Assembly (NCBI GenBank): GCA_002269645.1
Contig: NIVC01000386.1
Location: forward strand, 434,001 to 498,000
Source: Macrostomum lignano
Taxonomy: Eukaryota
DNA length: 64,000 bases
Direction: 5' to 3'
The translations under genes were made by a program, and so were the position numbers. Below the pieces are notes generated by a model. It searched no databases, was not told the origin of the DNA, and saw nothing but the letters and a program-made list of their open reading frames with translations. Of the stretch, positions 60,645 to 64,000 are shown piece after piece (the first letter of the stretch is position 1; each line of letters starts with the position of its first letter).

Positions 60645-61150
60645 TTAACCCAGGCGGAGCTCCTGGACCTTCAACAGGTGACACCAGGAGACTATGGACA
60701 CCCTGATGCGAATTTCTCTAGTTTTTTATCAAACCTCGATAATGGGCAAGCATCAACTGCTGGACATCCTCAGCTAGTCTCTCAAGCATTCCGTCATCAC
60801 CCCGACGCCGTCGGTTCCTTCAAAAGATGACACCAGGGACTATGAGCACCCTGATGCGAATTTCTCTAGTTTCGCCGATCAAGCCTCGACAGTGGGCAAG
60901 CCTCAATTGCTGAACATCCTCAGCTAGTCTCTCAAGCATTCCTTCATCACCCCGACGCCGTCGGCTCCTTCAACAGATGACACCAGGGACTATGAGCACC
61001 CTGATGCGAATTTCTCCAGTTTCGCCGATCAAGCCTCGACAGTGGGCAAGCCTCAATTGCTGAACATCCTCAGCTAGTCTCTCAAGCATTCCGTCATCAC
61101 CCCGACGCTGTCTTGACCCAGGCGGAGCTCCTGGACCTTCAACAGGTGGC
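60645..61150. repeat. Tandem repeat of about 150 bp, 3 copies, bracketed by a duplicated 33-mer (60648 and 61116)
   Basis: gacaccagg..actatg..caccctgatgcgaatttctc at about 60680, 60830 and 60979; possibly the 3' region of the adjacent Gypsy relic. Confidence 0.85.
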
Positions 61151-62386
61151 ACCAGGCGAGTAAGGACACTCGAGCTAGCGAGTAGCGAATCGGCCCAAAA
61201 AGAAGAAGTTGAACCTTCTCCGGCCAGGAATTGATCGTACAAACCAGCGACTTGGACTACGAGGTGCTGCTGCCCAGAAGTTGAAGTCCACTGCTTGAGT
61301 CGCTTGAGGCAAAGCCGGATTCGAGAGTGGGTTGGCCAGGTTTGAGGTGCCCTGTCAAAAGTCGTACCACAGCAGGTTTTGAGCGAAGCTATAAGCGTCA
61401 GTTAAGGGAATATGTCAATGAGGTGTCATCAGGTGAGGTGGGCCGCCATGAGGAATGTCTGGGTTGCCATAAGATCAGCCATGAAGTGTGCTGAGGACAA
61501 ATTATTCATCGGTCGGAAATTCACAATAGCGTCAGAACAAACGCCGCCGGTTTTTCAATACATGTGTATTGAATATAGTTTCTCATTTTTTTGTTTTTGC
61601 TGTTGCCATTGTCAAATTGATTCACCTACCAGACGCAAAGAAGTACTCAATCGCTAACTAACGAGCCGAACAAAAGGGAAAATTAGGGTAAGCAGGGTGG
61701 AATGCTGAGTGGGAATGGCCGACTAAACTGTGTCAGAGGGTGGCTTGCTTCAGTGCCTTGCTTCAGAAACAGTTATTCGGCTAAGTAAAGCCAGATAGAA
61801 CTGGGTAACCATTTGGAAGCCAAAGGCCTGCACCGCAGGCAATACCGAAACGGCCCAAAAACCCAGAGGTTCAAAAATGTTTATGACATCAAAAACCATC
61901 TCCACAATCACTAACCCAGACCCATCTCCACAATGACTGATTTAAAGAAGTTCATCATGTATTTCCATTATGTTTTGACTCCAATGATAAAGGTGAAATA
62001 AGCATGCACAGTGAAAATACGCGGAGATGCACAAATGTATGGTCGTATTAAATAAAGCTTACTTTAACCACTTTACTCATCTATCATAACTAGGATTAAA
62101 TAAATGCAAAAATTTAACCGGTTACAAACGAAACAAGTCTTGAAAAGAAAAGTGCAACAGGTTTCAAGTTTGGGAGACGCCAATGCAGCTGGACTGCAAG
62201 TGGGACTTCAATGTGTCTCGTGCCAGATTCTGAAGCATGGATCTGGGTGGAGACCAGGATTTCCGGGACGTTGGTTGCAGCGAAATAGTGTCCTCTTAGC
62301 TAGAACGTCAGGTTTCAAAGAGCACATTCGGCATCGTTTGCTTTGGCGAGCCTGGGCTTCCGTTGCTGGGAGGAGGGGGGGGGGGA

Positions 62387-62508
62387 ATCACGAATCCGAA
62401 AAATCAAAAACCCGAAATATCATAACTCCGAAAGTTCTAGCAATGTCCAACACTATTTTGGTTTTCCGAGTTATGATATTTCGGGTTTGTGATATTTCAA
62501 GTTTATGA
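62387..62508. mobile_element. Small palindromic MITE-like element
   Basis: aaacccgaaatatcataactccgaaa ... ttttccgagttatgatatttcgggttt inverted arms. Confidence 0.6.
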
Positions 62509-63199
62509 TGGCGACCCGCTGGGAGTCTCATTGGCAAATGAATTTGGACGGTTGGCCTGCATCGGGGCTGGAGCCTGAATCGGTGATCGAGTGCGTCCCG
62601 TTTGAGTCGCGGATCAGCGTCTTGAACTTGAACAAGGGCCGGCATACATGTAAATGCATGCATATGATTCAAAAATTAACAGTTCCAATTTCAAACTGGT
62701 TTTCACACTGGCGACTTATCTTTGTTGGAAATTGGTGGAAAATTAGTAGTGGTTAGCAACACCTCGGTTACCTTGACAGCTTCATGAAATTATTTTTCAG
62801 AAGCTGCATGCGCAAACCCTGATGTACACTTTTACCGATAGCTTTGTGAGAGCAAATGTTGGAATTTTTAGTTCAGCTGACCTCAGCGAGGACATTGTAC
62901 GAGCTAATTAGTGCCTTGACGCTCGACGTCTCGTAGCTCTATTGAAATTGGATTTTATCTTCATTTCTAATCGTATAACAAAGCTTTAATACAATAAATG
63001 AATTGACTACTGCATATCACTTATGAGATAGAGATGTGTCTGCGAACACTTTTCACAAAATAGGATGCATTTTATGATCCAAAATCTAAATCAAGCTCTG
63101 CGGATACAGCTTGGCTACTTGATAGAATGCCAGCTAACAATATGGTATTGCAGTAAGATTTGTGGTGATTGGCAAGAATTTTCTTATACGAGCGTAAAA

Positions 63200-63960
63200 T
63201 TAGTCAATTTTCAGCTCGCCCACAGCCACTGGCTCGGTTGGCCCCTGCCGATCACAGCCTGCAGCCGGTAGTTCACTGGGCCGACTTTCTTGACAACGGT
63301 ATACGGACCGGACTATCGGTTTGACAGCGGCTTGCACTGTCCGAGCTTCATTGCCAGGTGCGTGAACATCACTTGGAAGCCCCGCCAGATTCTCGCCTGC
63401 AGATCCGCGCAGTCCTTGCGGCAGTTTGCGCTGGTCTCGCTCACCGAGCGCTAAATCGACCAGCAGTCTGGACAGCATGTTTCCAAGCGTCCTGTTGAAT
63501 CTCTCGACGTTTTCGTTTGCAACGGAGTTTGCATTACTCTACTTACAGTAGCATTTATGAATTTGGGATACCATACACTTGCTCCTCTGGCATGTAGGTG
63601 ATCTAAAACTGCACCGGCAGAGAGAGTTTCCGGCACGATGTTCTCCTTGCCAGGCCGATCCAGCGTAAGCTCTTGGATGAGCTGCAGCCAACGTGCTAGC
63701 CCTGTCGGCTCCTTCTCGTCGAGCAGTCCGATGATCGGTGAACACCTGGATATTGCTGCTGTTGCTCAGGTACATGTAAAACTGCTGAGGCTGCGGCTCG
63801 CGTCGAAGTCGAACCGGTCGAGTCGAACCGTCAGGCTGCACTTGGGCTAGGATAGCGCCCGCTTGAGTTGGACTGGCGTCGACGATCAGCCTGGATTGCA
63901 AGTCTTTGCTTAAGAATGCCAGCGCCTGGCTACTGACTATCGTGCGCTTGATGTCGATAA
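63200..63960 (-). mobile_element. Degenerate Ty3/Gypsy pol relic (RNase H and integrase)
   Basis: LIVDASPTQAGAILAQVQPDGSTRPV, VFTDH and NVERFNRTLGNML motifs; frameshifted. Confidence 0.75.
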
Positions 63961-64000
63961 AAGCTGCTTCTTGATGGTCGCCCCACGTCCACTCTGCATC

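Noticed and set aside
60850-60925. Hammerhead-like CTGAGGA...CGAAAC on the minus strand of the 150-bp repeat
   Set aside because: There is no UH cleavage triplet, no stem I and only a weak stem II.

Overview
Eukaryotic (metazoan) genomic DNA. GC-rich exons, GT-AG introns packed with minisatellites and AT-rich intergenic DNA suggest a macrostomid flatworm such as Macrostomum; this assignment is inference only. The core is a co-oriented minus-strand cluster at 18.0-37.4 kb: PPP1R2, NDUFB9, a large multi-C2H2 zinc-finger protein and FRA10AC1. The spacers are 1.3-1.9 kb and each first exon is preceded by an unpaired 3' splice acceptor, which fits a spliced-leader (SL) trans-spliced operon. FRA10AC1 has no genomic start codon for its conserved N-terminus and would be completed in frame by the terminal AUG of the flatworm SL. 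Also present are a frameshifted EGFR-type ectodomain (L1-furin-L2) and two inverted paralogs of a secreted PAN/apple-like plus LamG-like protein (12.1-13.9 kb and 54.5-55.8 kb). A full-length LOA-clade LINE with TSDs is nested in a TIR element and carries a candidate HDV-like ribozyme in its 5' UTR. Other elements include a candidate minimal hammerhead, hAT and Tc1/IS630 non-autonomous elements, Harbinger/ISL2EU and Gypsy relics, tRNA-derived SINEs and more than 20 distinct tandem repeats. Several 1-nt indels in otherwise intact genes may be consensus-sequencing errors. Most long ORFs in the supplied track are artefacts of tandem repeats. All homology calls come from recognition of motifs by eye; no searches were run.
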